DNA of 63,716 nucleotides, filler included. It is 15 parts of 15 records of this genome, joined end to end, with 100 filler letters (N's around TTAATTAATTAA, not from the genome) between each part and the next. Parts side by side here need not be neighbours in the genome. Positions count along the whole stretch, not along the records: positions 30,416 to 34,447 come from SRR7504441_61935; positions 34,548 to 38,549 come from SRR7504441_61941; positions 38,650 to 42,293 come from SRR7504441_61942; positions 42,394 to 46,185 come from SRR7504441_61943; 11 more parts are not named here. One strand, 5' to 3'. Positions 34,352 through 45,895 of the stretch are shown piece after piece. A model generated the notes under the pieces. The model ran no database searches and was not told the DNA's origin. It worked only from the letters and a program-made list of their open reading frames with translations. Position 1 is the stretch's first letter; every line of letters starts with the position of its first letter. Made by a program: the position numbers and the translations under genes.

Positions 34352-35298
34352 TAATTACTTGATAGTACTAAGTAATTGCCTTTGTTGGCGTTAGTCCGTT
34401 AGCTGTTCCATAAATATATGTGTAGCTAGGCCACCTCCTACTCTCGGNNNNNNNNNNNNNNNNNNNNNNNNNNNNNNNNNNNNNNNNNNNNTTAATTAAT
34501 TAANNNNNNNNNNNNNNNNNNNNNNNNNNNNNNNNNNNNNNNNNNNNACATGAGGTGATGCATCCGTGGACACACACGGATATTTGACATGATTGTACTG
34601 ACAATCATCAATTGATTGAAACTAACGCTACGCACCCATCAGTTCAACCAACGGCACTATTTAGTGGAAAAAAATCAACTGTAATAGTACTACGATTACA
34701 ATGTATGTTGAATTCCTTATATTTGAATCTAGACTGAATTACTCGCATGATAAATAATTTACTTTTTTAAGGGTTAACACACAATCGATGGGTGATGGGT
34801 TCACATACTACCTATTGTGTCACGCATATGTGCACTATGGTACACACTATAGCATGTCCTGTGGCATGCCTGCAGCATTGTACTACAAGTACACAACTAT
34901 CCCCACCCCAGTGCATGAAAACACCACACGGTGGCATGCGATACCACACGATGCGAGACCACATGTAGCCACGTATGCTGCAATGCATGTGCAGTGCATG
35001 TACAGTGCATGTACAGTGCGTGTGCACTGTGCTGTATCACTTGTGGCCGTGCTGCGGGTGGCATTCGACTCACTTGGACCACACGCAGTACCCACTAGTT
35101 ATTTATTTGTACAGTACCGTACTACATAGTGGTGGTGCTGTAGTAACAGATGAGTGCTGTACCAGTACTGACAAGTCACAATCAGTAGTACTGTACACCC
35201 TTCTTACTGCGCGTGTAAAAGGCTCCGACAGTAACTTTTCTATACAGAATGATCCGAGACCTTGCTGCTTCGACACGAGTTTGTCCTTGACATGCACA

Positions 35299-38200
35299 TC
35301 ACCGGCTGACTATGCGTTTCCGCTTCTGTCTGTCGCCGAGAGCAAGTTGTCGACTTACGCTCAATGGGGTTAGCCGACCCTCACCTACCTCTATCGGCGG
35401 GTTTGTCGGGATCTGCTTATAGATGTGTGAAAATCGCCCAGCCTCGCCCTCTTGAACTGCTGCCCGTCTCTGCGCCTGTCGCTCGGCACTCTCGACGAAT
35501 GCAGCACTCTTGAATCCGGCTGCATGTGCGCTTTCCAGAGTTCTATACTGTCTGCCGCACGGTGCGCGATACACCTTGAAGCCCTTAGCTGCTAAAAATG
35601 TATCCGCTACGTCCAACACTGACCAGCCTGGGGACTGGATGTCGTACAAATAACTTATGTCGCCCCCGCCCTTGAAGGCTGATACCACTATCTCCCCCTC
35701 TGCGACGTACCTAGCGACAAAGGACATGGTGGGCTTACGGCTGACGACCCATCGATCACTACCCTCGCGATAGGATCCGTAACGTGGGTGTGCAGTGACA
35801 CACTTGTACTCCCAGAACCCCTCTGTTCCGTCTAGCATTGTGCACGACATCCTTGTCCACAATTCCCCGCACGCCTCACTCAAGGCGGGGCCTACCCCTA
35901 CCCCTTGGCACTCCGGTAGCACGCACACGCGATGCTCTCGCCGGATGCGGCAGGAACTAGATTGAGATTGACATGCTACAGTTGAAGTAAACGCCACCAA
36001 CTCTTGCGTGCCCTCCATCCTGAGCACGTCAACTATAGCCGCCTTCTGTAAACCTCCGTCTGCAGCGTCATTCTTCAGGTAATGGTGCTCGCTGAACACA
36101 GACAACCACAGGTTGGCTGGATGCTTCCCACTGCCTGGGTAATCCATACATGTGCGCAGCTCCAAGCCTATCACAGGTATCTTGTATAAGTCGATTTTAA
36201 CGACCGCAGGCTGATGCTCGTTAGCAGTGGCTGAGTGCCAAATGGGTGATACCACCACTGACCCAGGCATCACCACCACGATGTCGGGTTGCAACGTGTT
36301 GACGACTCTATGACTACATGTTGCCACGAGTAGCTGGCTACCCCCATGCCCTGTACTCGCAATCAACACACCCAATGAGGAACACAACCGAGAAGCTGTG
36401 TCTGTGTCTAACAATGACGCAAACTCATCGATACACACTGTTTGACCTTGATACGACGATGCTATTGCGTTTGCTATTGCAGCTACGTGCTGCTTACCTA
36501 AGCTGTGCGTGCACTCGGAATACGCGCAGCCCACCACGTCATAACAGAACGTGTCCACAGCTACCCGGTCGGCTGGTAACCACGGTCGAGTGGGAGCTGC
36601 CTCCGAATACTGACCTTCTACTGCGGATAGTATGGTGCTCTTGCCACTCCCAGATGGCCCCACGATAGCAGCCACTGACCACGACCCACCTGAGCCCAAG
36701 AGCCCCCCTGGGATCTTGATATGGCGCATGCTGGTTACACGCCTAGTGCCCATACCTAAACCCATTGAGCTACATGCCACGTGCGACACCTCGCTCGTTT
36801 CGACGGTGCTTGACGCTGTCACGATGTAACTATCTGCGTGCTCTGGCTGCTCGATCACGCTGCCTGCGTTCAGCCACTTGAACTGTGCGCCTTGGTGAAG
36901 CTCCGTGCACTCATACGCTTGTAAGTATGTGATATCCAACTGAGGGCGTGGACAGCTCTCGCTCGGTCTGCGATACACCTGGCACCCTTCCCCCGACAGG
37001 GCTGCTACCCAATCCGGCTGCAAGTAGTTACACACCTTTGGGTCGTGTGTGGCAATCACTATGTTGTCCATGCACCTGTACTTTACCAATCGCTGAACCC
37101 CACGTGCTATATACTGCCGCACTCTATCCCCCACGTATGACCCGAAGTCATCTATGAAGCTGCCGGTGCTGACGCTACGTGCTAGCATGCACCTCTCCTT
37201 CTGACCGCTGCTCAGTGTACCGTACGATTGTAGCCAGGCAGGCACCGTATTCATGCCTACCTTGTTCAATGTGTTTATCACTGTTGGCAGCCTGGTCCTG
37301 TCCCCATCGACCAACACCTCCAATATACACTGGTCCGCGGGCCATGACACGTCCTCCACCAGCCTCCCTAGCCCCCCTGCCTGCAGCTGGCTCAACAGGG
37401 TCGTCTTGCCTGATGCTGTGCTGCCCACTATCAACCCTACACCCCATGTCACCCCAACCGTGTTGATGATCTGATCAGCAGCTGCTCGAGCGCTAATGAC
37501 GTGCCCCTCGGTACACATCCCCAGCACCTCGGCCGGATGAGCAGCTGTATGAGTGACATGTGCCCTACCCTCCGGAGCTGCTGGGTCTTCCTGCTTGTCC
37601 GTGAGGCCATGTGGACCCACTTCAGATTCGCATTGGAGCCACTCTCTTGCATTGGTCTGCTCAAACAGTGCGGTGGGCCCCGGCGGCGATAACTCTGCTA
37701 CGGTACACATCTCTAGCACCTCGCCCAGCTGTACAGCTGTGTGTGGAGCGCGAGCCCTGCCCTCTGGAACTGCTGGCTCTTCAAACTCATCCGTGAAACC
37801 GTACGGATCTGCTTCTGATTCATCCTGAGGGCTCCCGCTGACATCAGTCTGCTCGACCACTGCGGTAGGTTCCGGCAACGGCGCGCTCGGTGGCACTGAC
37901 AACTCGGCCTCTGGAGCCCCTGTGATACTCGGCGTAGCGACATGCACACCCTCAGCCTCTGCCCCCCCATACACACCCTCAGCCTCTGCCCCCTCCTCGG
38001 ATACGCCTCTCCTTTGACGAGCGCGCTGCTCCTTAGCCCACAGTCGAGCAGCCTCCCGCTGGGTGCTGCTCTCGCGGCGCTGTCTGGCTCGGCGCTGGTT
38101 GTCCGACTCTCCATTACGCCCCCCCCTGTCGCGGTCTCGAGCTGATCTGTCTCTCGTCTGCTGCTGTGCCTTGCGCCTGATCAACATCAGGGCTGCACGC

Positions 38201-38481
38201 TGTGAATGCTCAATCTGCCACTGCGCCAGCTCGCAGTTGAACTGCTCATCGCTATGACAGCGCTCCCTATTGGGCTTCCTCCCCAATGCTGCAGGTCGGG
38301 GTGGTATTGCCGGCAGCAGAGCGAGCGGAGCTGCTGCTACTGCTGTCTCCACCTCCCCGCCATGCACCTGCAGCAGCCGGCCTGTGCGCCCCATCGACCC
38401 TCCTGGCTGCACGGTGTGCGCCTCTGCCTGCTGCTGTGACGGGGCGTCTGCTGCTGCGAGAGGACGCTGGTGGGCGTACAT
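35299..38481 (-). CDS. Tandem ABC-type ATPase + GNAT acetyltransferase protein with a C-terminal MBD-like motif
   Basis: GSTASGKT/LSSGQ/FIDD/IATHD; GPSGSGKS/CIDEF/VATCS; HHYL...REHRVCVLPECQGVGVG...TAHP; PGWSV...VYRAPCGRQYRT; no transmembrane segments; intronless. Confidence 0.85.
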   Translation of the reverse strand: MYAHQRPLAAADAPSQQQAEAHTVQPGGSMGRTGRLLQVHGGEVETAVAAAPLALLPAIPPRPAALGRKPNRERCHSDEQFNCELAQWQIEHSQRAALMLIRRKAQQQTRDRSARDRDRGGRNGESDNQRRARQRRESSTQREAARLWAKEQRARQRRGVSEEGAEAEGVYGGAEAEGVHVATPSITGAPEAELSVPPSAPLPEPTAVVEQTDVSGSPQDESEADPYGFTDEFEEPAVPEGRARAPHTAVQLGEVLEMCTVAELSPPGPTALFEQTNAREWLQCESEVGPHGLTDKQEDPAAPEGRAHVTHTAAHPAEVLGMCTEGHVISARAAADQIINTVGVTWGVGLIVGSTASGKTTLLSQLQAGGLGRLVEDVSWPADQCILEVLVDGDRTRLPTVINTLNKVGMNTVPAWLQSYGTLSSGQKERCMLARSVSTGSFIDDFGSYVGDRVRQYIARGVQRLVKYRCMDNIVIATHDPKVCNYLQPDWVAALSGEGCQVYRRPSESCPRPQLDITYLQAYECTELHQGAQFKWLNAGSVIEQPEHADSYIVTASSTVETSEVSHVACSSMGLGMGTRRVTSMRHIKIPGGLLGSGGSWSVAAIVGPSGSGKSTILSAVEGQYSEAAPTRPWLPADRVAVDTFCYDVVGCAYSECTHSLGKQHVAAIANAIASSYQGQTVCIDEFASLLDTDTASRLCSSLGVLIASTGHGGSQLLVATCSHRVVNTLQPDIVVVMPGSVVVSPIWHSATANEHQPAVVKIDLYKIPVIGLELRTCMDYPGSGKHPANLWLSVFSEHHYLKNDAADGGLQKAAIVDVLRMEGTQELVAFTSTVACQSQSSSCRIRREHRVCVLPECQGVGVGPALSEACGELWTRMSCTMLDGTEGFWEYKCVTAHPRYGSYREGSDRWVVSRKPTMSFVARYVAEGEIVVSAFKGGGDISYLYDIQSPGWSVLDVADTFLAAKGFKVYRAPCGRQYRTLESAHAAGFKSAAFVESAERQAQRRAAVQEGEAGRFSHIYKQIPTNPPIEVGEGRLTPLSVSRQLALGDRQKRKRIVSR
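37510..37869 (-). repeat. In-frame internal duplication (period 192 nt) within the ATPase-GNAT ORF
   Basis: PTAVVEQT...PEGRARAPHTAVQLGEVLEMCT versus PTALFEQT...PEGRAHVTHTAAHPAEVLGMCT. Confidence 0.9.
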
Positions 38482-38649
38482 CTACTCTGGAATAGTTGTC
38501 CGCCCACCAATTTTTATGCCGTTGCGGCCTTGAAATAGTTGTCCGCCCANNNNNNNNNNNNNNNNNNNNNNNNNNNNNNNNNNNNNNNNNNNNTTAATTA
38601 ATTAANNNNNNNNNNNNNNNNNNNNNNNNNNNNNNNNNNNNNNNNNNNN

Positions 38650-40319
38650 TGCCCTCCAACAGGTAGCGTCGCCCTAACAGGCTCATTGTCCGCCTCCACC
38701 GGAGCGCCCCAGGAGCTCTCCATCTCCGTCAGCTGCTGCTGCAAACGCTCGCTCTCGTCTTGCTTGCCCAGCTGTTGATCTAAACTCGAACGGGACCATT
38801 GCACTCCGCTGTCCAGCTCCTGCATCGCCCTGCGCACCTCTCGCGATTCACCGAGTGCGGCCAATTGATGGGCTAGCTCCGCCATCGTATCCAGCTTGTT
38901 GGCATACTCTCGTGGCGCCTGCTGTCTCTTGACCGATGGATCCAGCATCACCCGCTCCTGGGCTGCCAGCAGCAGTCGCTGGATCCGGGCCACGTCTCGC
39001 CTACAAAACACCGCGCCGGACTCCAGCCGGGCCGCGCGCATACTCCCGGCCAGCCAGCTGGTCAGTACTCGCCACAGCTGCTCCCTCTTTAGCCGGCTGT
39101 GCAGTGCGGACACCTGAGCCAGCATCACTGGGCCAGGCCGGGCTGGCAACACACCACCAGCCCATTCTGCCGGTGCACCCCTGTGAAATCAAACGAGGCG
39201 TCCGGCATGTCCGCATATTGCATCGGCCTGGCTGCCGCGGCCCACCCGCTCCGCCAGCGTCTATAGCACCGCCAGAGCCGGCTTAACTCCTGCCTGACCA
39301 CCTGCATGGGCTGAGCCTGCCGGCCAGTATGGCGGGACCTGGAGCAGCCTCGCGCTCACAAGCGACTGGAGTGCGGCCGAAGTCCGACTGGCTTCCATCG
39401 CAGTCTCAAGCTCTCGAACTAGCAGGGCAGCCTCCCCACACTGATCGGTCAGCTCCAGTCCCTGCCCACGGCCCAGCCGAGCCCGCTGCCGCCACTCCAG
39501 CAGTGCGCGCATCGCCCCGTCCCTCCCCACTCGCGCCGCGACGTGCACAAAGGCTCCAAGCACAGCGCTGCCGCCAACCGCTCGGCCAAGCCTCAGCTGC
39601 CAGCACCGTGTGGCCGCCTTGTGCGCACCGACTGCGTGCAGCGCATCCAGTCGGGCCAGGCTCCTGAGCTCCTCCTGGCCAGGCTCGCCGTTACCCAGCA
39701 CACAGCCGGGCACCTCCCGGGCGTCTGAGAGCTGAGACTGGAGCGCCGCAGCGAGCGAGTGTCGCTGCCCGCACAACCGGTTGGCCCGCCACCGCTCAAT
39801 TGCCAGCCGGATAGCAGGCTCGAGCCCCAGGCGGCCACGCGCCAGCCCGGTGAGTGCGGTCCGTCGCAGGCCGGGCAGGCGGGCCGCCCGGTGCCACCGA
39901 ACCACGCAGCTGAGCGTGGCCAGCCGGCGGTTCTGAGCGGCCGACCGAAGGATGAGCCGGATGGCCAGGTGCCCTAGCAGCTGGGCAGTCTGGAGCTCCT
40001 GATGGTTCTGGTTCTCGATCGCCGCCTCGTACTGACCGGCCAGCAGTTGAGAGAGCAGCAAGCACTTCCAGCCCGAGTAGGCCCAGGCCAGCCGCCGAAA
40101 GTACAGCTGGCGCATCGACTCCCCTATGAAGAGCAGCACGGTCTGCCGGCGGGCGTTCACCATCGCCTGCCGGAGACCGGTCACCGCCCCGTCCAACTTT
40201 TGGGCCCGGCAGGTGGCCCGGTCCCGGCTGGCCTCGAGAGCAGTCAGCCGCCACCCTTGCATCGCCCGAGCCAGCCAGGCGGTGGCCAGCCCGTCCGCCA
40301 GCAGCGCCTCCCGCATCAT
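38650..40319 (-). CDS. Hypothetical helical protein with periodic W/R motifs, multi-exon, 3'-partial
   Basis: Long ORFs 39261-40319 and 38650-39152 on the same strand; repeated xxWR/WK/WH motifs; start uncertain. Confidence 0.5.
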
Positions 40320-40461
40320 CTCAACTAGACAGGCCTTGTGGTGGTCGGCGGTCCGGTCCGCGAGTCTGCGGCCTGCACGACGCTGCTGCAGGGCCGGATG
40401 CCCATCTCACGATTTGTCTCAAAAAATCCAGCCAAAAAACTGACTCGATCATCATCAGTCG

Positions 40462-41753
40462 ATGCAGCCGCTCCTGCCAGGTGGGCTTGTCGGCGTCCTT
40501 GGGGGGTGACACCGCTTGGCAGGAGCCCCAGCGCACCAGAAATGGGAGCGGCACAGCCGAGGGATCGGCAGCCGGATCATGCGCCGGATGGGATGGGCCC
40601 CCGGCCACGGACTGGGCGCCAACCAGACTGGCCGTCTCGATCCGATCGAAGCCGCCGCCCCACCCGCCTCGGCCGGCCCAGCCGGCCCGGACGCCCAGAG
40701 CCAGCAGATATGGGCAGCGGTGCGGGCCGAGAGCACCCAGGCCAGCGCGACCGGCCTGCCCGGGGCGCCAGCGCCGGTGGGTGGCGTGGCGAGCAGTGCC
40801 GGCAGCGGGCGGGGAGTGGGGATTCGGCCGGACTACGGGGGTTGGCTGGTGGTTCGGCCGGGGCAGTCGCTCAAGATCCGGGTGCCGGCGGATAAGCTCG
40901 GGCTGCTGGTGGGCAAGAGAGGCGCGGTGATCTCAGCCATCCAGGCCCGGCACGGAGTCAGGCTGGTGCTGCCGGCCGAGCGGGGCAGCGAGGGCGAGGC
41001 GAGCGGCCGGGCCGGTGCCGGGGCGAGCTGGCCGGCCAGGTATTTGTGCACGGCAAGGATACAAAGGGCGCGCTGGACGCTATTGCGGATAAACTAGGAA
41101 GTGGGATAAAGCAGCACGTTAGCCTGCTCGAGCAAAGGTTGGCCGACTCGCCAGACCCGGCCTGACCGTCCCGGCAGCGAGGAGGAGGCCTCGGCCGGGC
41201 CGGAGGATGAGCAACCGGAAGAGGATGCCCAGATGGCTTCGTTCACGATTCCGGCTGTGCTGTGTGCAGTCATTATAGGCAGCAGAGTGTGGCCTGGCCG
41301 GGCATGACCGTGTGGGCAGGCAAGAAGGGCGCGCGGCTGCAGCAGCTGCAGACTGACTACGGGGTGGAGATCCGGCTGCCCGGCCGGCAGTTCCAGGGCA
41401 CCAAGGCGCTGGTTGTGATCAAAGGTGCTGGGTCGGCGGGCGCAGTTAGGGCCATCAAACTGTTGAAGGACATGGCGGGGCTCTCACTAGCCGGAAGAAT
41501 GGAAGACATCAAACTACAAAGAGCCAACAACAAACCGGCCAGGAGCAGTCTGAATGTGAAAGCCCCGCCGTTCAAACCCGGGAAACGGGCAGACAAGCAG
41601 CCCCTGGCCGAACAGCCGGCCAAGAAGCAGGCGGTTCGTGAGGCAGCGATGGCTTCGCTCAAGGCGAGGATAGAGCAGCTAGAAGCGCAAAAGCGCGAGC
41701 GTGAGGGCCGCCAACCCGAGCAGCCCGAGACCAAGCGGTCCAAACTGGAATGA
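40462..41753 (+). CDS. G-patch and two KH-domain RNA-binding protein, multi-exon
   Basis: WERHSRGIGSRIMRRMGWAPGHGLG (G-patch); VPADKLGLLVGKRGAVI and IPAVLCAVIIGKKGARL (KH GxxG loops). Confidence 0.85.
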
Positions 41754-42393
41754 TGATACTAGTGCTTGAATCATTTATACTGAACTTTACAAAGTTTATT
41801 GCGTACGGTAGCGTACGCCTACGGGGATTAAGTATAGATTAAGTACTTACCAGTAGTAGCGATGCCCCAGTGGTAGCGTACGCCTACGGGGTGGCACATA
41901 AATGGAAGGGGCACACCCGCGGGTGTCGCACGGTGCTGGCAGCCGAGCCGTGCATAGCACGCACCTGGCCCAATGCTTACCGCGCCCGGCTCCTAACTTG
42001 GCGGTCCACCTGGAAGAAGCGCATTGAGGGTGCCGCCAACAACCACAACCATTTGGCCTACCGGAGGTAGACAGGCATGCTCGGGCGCATGTTTGGCAGG
42101 TTGGACAGGTAGGAGCTGGCAAATTGGCTCCCTCCTCCAGTTCTCGGGCAGCTGTCTTCAGTGCTTGAGCTTCTTCTCAGGGCCAGCGCAAGGAGGATAG
42201 CGGTACGAGAAGCCATGTGCTGTCTTGTTGCGCAGCAAAAAACAGCGGAGTGGAGAGCGACCGTGCGTGGATCCGTTGTACGTCACTACTACTNNNNNNN
42301 NNNNNNNNNNNNNNNNNNNNNNNNNNNNNNNNNNNNNTTAATTAATTAANNNNNNNNNNNNNNNNNNNNNNNNNNNNNNNNNNNNNNNNNNNN

Positions 42394-43525
42394 TCATTCG
42401 TGCAAGCGTGCATTCTTCAATGTCCAGGTCGCAATCGCGGAAGCGATGTCCAAACAGCCAGATCTTACCGAGGTGCTCTCCCCGATCCTGGGGCAGGCGA
42501 CTATGGCCCTGGGCTCATTCTATGCGCTCAAGATGCACAAGGAGCTAGCCTATGGGACTTACCAGGAGGTGCCTGAAGTATTCCAGATGCAGGACTTTCT
42601 TGCCGACCGGCTCGGATGGACAAATCACTCGCAGATCGAGCTGCAGAATCTCTGCAATACTGATTGCTACGAAGCGCCCTCAAATGCCATAGCGATGATC
42701 CTCTCGAACGCGGTGAGCAACGCGCTGGAGCACGGAGGGCCCGGACAAATCAAGTGCACTGTGTCGTTTGAGGGAGGGCTGCTATGGTTCACCGTTTGCA
42801 GCCAGGCCGGCAGGAACCATAAGGATATGCTCGCACTACAAAAGGAGCACGGCACTAGATTTCTGCTCACGGGTACTGTCTCTGTACAGCCGGAGTTGCA
42901 GCCTCTGGGGACAAGAAACAGCACGTTCCGAGGTATGGATGAGATCTTCCAGGTTTGCAAGGCTGTGTCGGCCGAGCCGGAGATGCTTTTTGAGTCCGAC
43001 TGCGCGACGTTTAAAGTTCGATTTCGAGCCAAGATAGGCGAAGTGCCCAAGGAAGTCCAGAGCCTGAAGCTTCCGGAAGGCCTGGTGTTTGTGGTTGCAG
43101 ATGATGACAAGATAGTACGTGTATATTCCAAAAAGCTGCTGCAAGAAGCAAAGGCTCACAAGGATTCAATAATTATAGGAGAGACGTGGCAAGAGATTGC
43201 AGAGTGTGAAGATACAATTGTGAGGTTAGGGCACAAGCACGGGGACCGAAATGTTGTGGTGATACTGGACCAGTTTTTGGACAACTATAACGACGGTCCG
43301 TCTTTTCTGGGAACTAATATCTCAATCAAGTTGCGAGCAAGAGGTTTTTTAGGATTCATAGTTATTAGGAGTGCCAATGACGAGTTGGCCACGACAGTCG
43401 CCCAAGGTGGAGCGCTGGGCGTGAGCACAAATATGTTCGTCGGGAAAGACATACAAAAGTGGTCTAACAAAGCCATCTGCCAGAAGGTGGCGTGTGGACT
43501 AGCTAGCTATGGTAAACTAGCGTGA
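42394..43525 (+). CDS. C-terminal part of a hybrid histidine kinase-like protein (HATPase + receiver), 5'-partial
   Basis: N-box ILSNAVSNALEHG; receiver VVADDD...VILDQ...RSAND...GK. Confidence 0.75.
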
Positions 43526-43758
43526 ACAGTATAGATAATTATAGAGACTAAAGATGATTACTGTAATCAAACTGATACGTGTACCATCTTAGTACCATCT
43601 CAATCATGCAGATGAATGACATCATGTTGAATCATGACTGGCTCATCAGTAGAAGCCACGTGCATTGCTTGATAATCGTCGATTGGCAGAGTGTTTCTAG
43701 ACCGCCAACATCACCAGCATGAGCGTCACCACATTGGACGGTCAATATCCACAGATAA

Positions 43759-45895
43759 TCAGAGCTGGACGTCAGACAAGCCGCCATAATCAGACGAGCC
43801 CGTGCCCAGCACCGTCTTACCAAACGAGCTGTAGTCGGCTTGCTGCCCCTTGACTTCGGAGAGCAGGATCATGCTCTGCTCGCACTCCTCGGCGATCACG
43901 TCGTACTGCGCCTCGACCATCCGCGCCCTGCGTACTGACTCCTCCGCCTGGGCTGCCCAGTTGGTCCTGTCACACCGTCAGACCTGCGCCCAGCCACCGC
44001 CTTACCGCGAGAGCACGATGAATAGAATTAGAGCGTGCACAGCCTCCCCAATGCACAGGCTCCACCTGCGGCCAGAGTGAGTCGAGCGCATAGCATTGAG
44101 GCACCAGAGCGCGTGGACTCGGTAATGCATAGCAAATATGAGGATGGCCATTCCAGCAATCCCGATGCCCCAGCTCCCGAGGATTGTCCCGGCGATCACC
44201 ACTTGGATCCGGTACTGGCCCTCGAGCACGCCTTGGAATGTGAACGTTATTCCCGAGAGCAAGTAGTGAAAGGCGGCGATTGGGGTGAGGCTTACGAACA
44301 TATCGATCACGTCAGGGTCTTCCGTGTATATTTGCGCGAGCAGGTGCCGGAGCAGGACTATCAGCACGGACACCACCAGCCCCGCCGAGAGCGCTATGAG
44401 CAGTCCCGTGGCGAAGGACCTCTGGGCACCGATGGGGTTGCTGTTACACAAGTACCTGTCGACTCTAGATTGGAGAGACATGTACAGGCTGATGAACAGA
44501 GGCTGGAAGAACACGACCATATTGACCAGCGTCCCCACAGCGGCCGCCTGGACGGTGCCCAGGGTGCCGCCCAGGATGATCACGATTTCGAATACCCAGT
44601 CCGATAACACCTCGGTCAACCCGAACGGCAAACCCTCCATCATGAAGTCGCACCCACGCTGCCACGAGAGCGCGCGAGAGGACCAGCCGTGCCAGGTCCG
44701 CGCCACCTGCGGCGGGACGCTGACCTGGAGCCCCCCCCAGACGTACATGACCAACACGCCCAATTGAATGATCCGTGAGACGGCAGTTGCTATGGGCGAG
44801 CCGGTAAACCCGAGACCGCCTAGCGGGCCGAGGCCGTAGATGAAGATGTAGTCGAGCACGATGTTGACCCCCACGAACACCATCGCGATGATGCTCTGCG
44901 GAGCGACAACCTCGATAGATTCGAGGTAGATCGAAATCATCGTGAAGATCGAGTAGGGCCACAGCCACAGGATGCTCAGTCGAGCGAACAGAGTGCACTT
45001 ATCACACACAGCCGGCTCTGGCGCCGCCTTGTCAGCGCACAGCCGGGCAGGCGGGTACCGCACGCCCCGAAGCTGTGCAAAATGTCGCCAGTGAAGCCCC
45101 AGATGAGGGCGGTTGGGGGCAGGAGGACGAGGGAGATCCACACAAGAGCCACCTGTCGACAGGTCAGCGGGTGCGGGGCAGCAGGGCGGTCACCTGGAGC
45201 CAGAGCCCGACCCGACTGTAGGCGTACTCCGCCTTGCTTTTGGACCCGTCCTTGACAAAGTCTTTCGCAACCTCGTATGCCTGCTCCGCCACTGGCACCA
45301 CAGCAGCCCGGCAGCGCGCACCTGCGTGGACAACCCCGCCAGCGCGTTGCACACCCCCGTGACGAACACCAGCGATCCTGCCGGCCGGTCCAAAGGCTGG
45401 CTCAGGCCGGGCCACACCGAACATGACTACATTAGCCAGATTCATCGCGGCCAGGTCCTCCGTGTTCAGATGCCCGATAAACGCCAAGTCTACTAAGAGC
45501 ACCGCGTTCGCGCACACATACCTGCACCCCCGCTCGGCTGCCGACCCCTTCGGCCGGGCCCAGGCCACGCACCCGGTGGCTGTCCTGGCCATCCCTCGGA
45601 GCAGTCGATACGCCTCTCGTTGTCCGGCCGATCCGCGCGTCAGGCTGCGCCAAACCCCGGGGGTGAGCTTCCCCCGCGGCCAGCCTAGCCACCTGCAGAT
45701 GGTCGGGGGCTCGTCCAGCTCGGCGGCGTCCGCCTCCTCCATCTCCTCCGTGTCCTCATCGTCCTCGGACGTGGTCATCAGGCTGTCGATATCACTGAGC
45801 GCCTTCTCCCAGGCGTCCGGCTCGGCTCGCTGCTCCGGGGCTCGCATATACCCGATGTGCACGGAGCTCGCCGGCGGCAGCTCGAGCTCCGCCAT
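43759..45895 (-). CDS. MATE family efflux transporter, multi-exon
   Basis: VDLAFIGHL...LAAMNLAN, LGGLGFTGSPIATAVS, EWVFE-like DWVFE, FQGVLEGQ and C-terminal RTNWAAQAEE. Confidence 0.9.

Noticed and set aside
35299-38481. ABC transporter or ABCF/ABCE translation factor
   Set aside because: No transmembrane segments, no Fe-S domain, and a GNAT domain follows the cassettes.
41847-42293. Cys-rich 91-aa ORF as a zinc-finger protein
   Set aside because: No consistent ligand spacing, non-ATG start and no supported exon structure.
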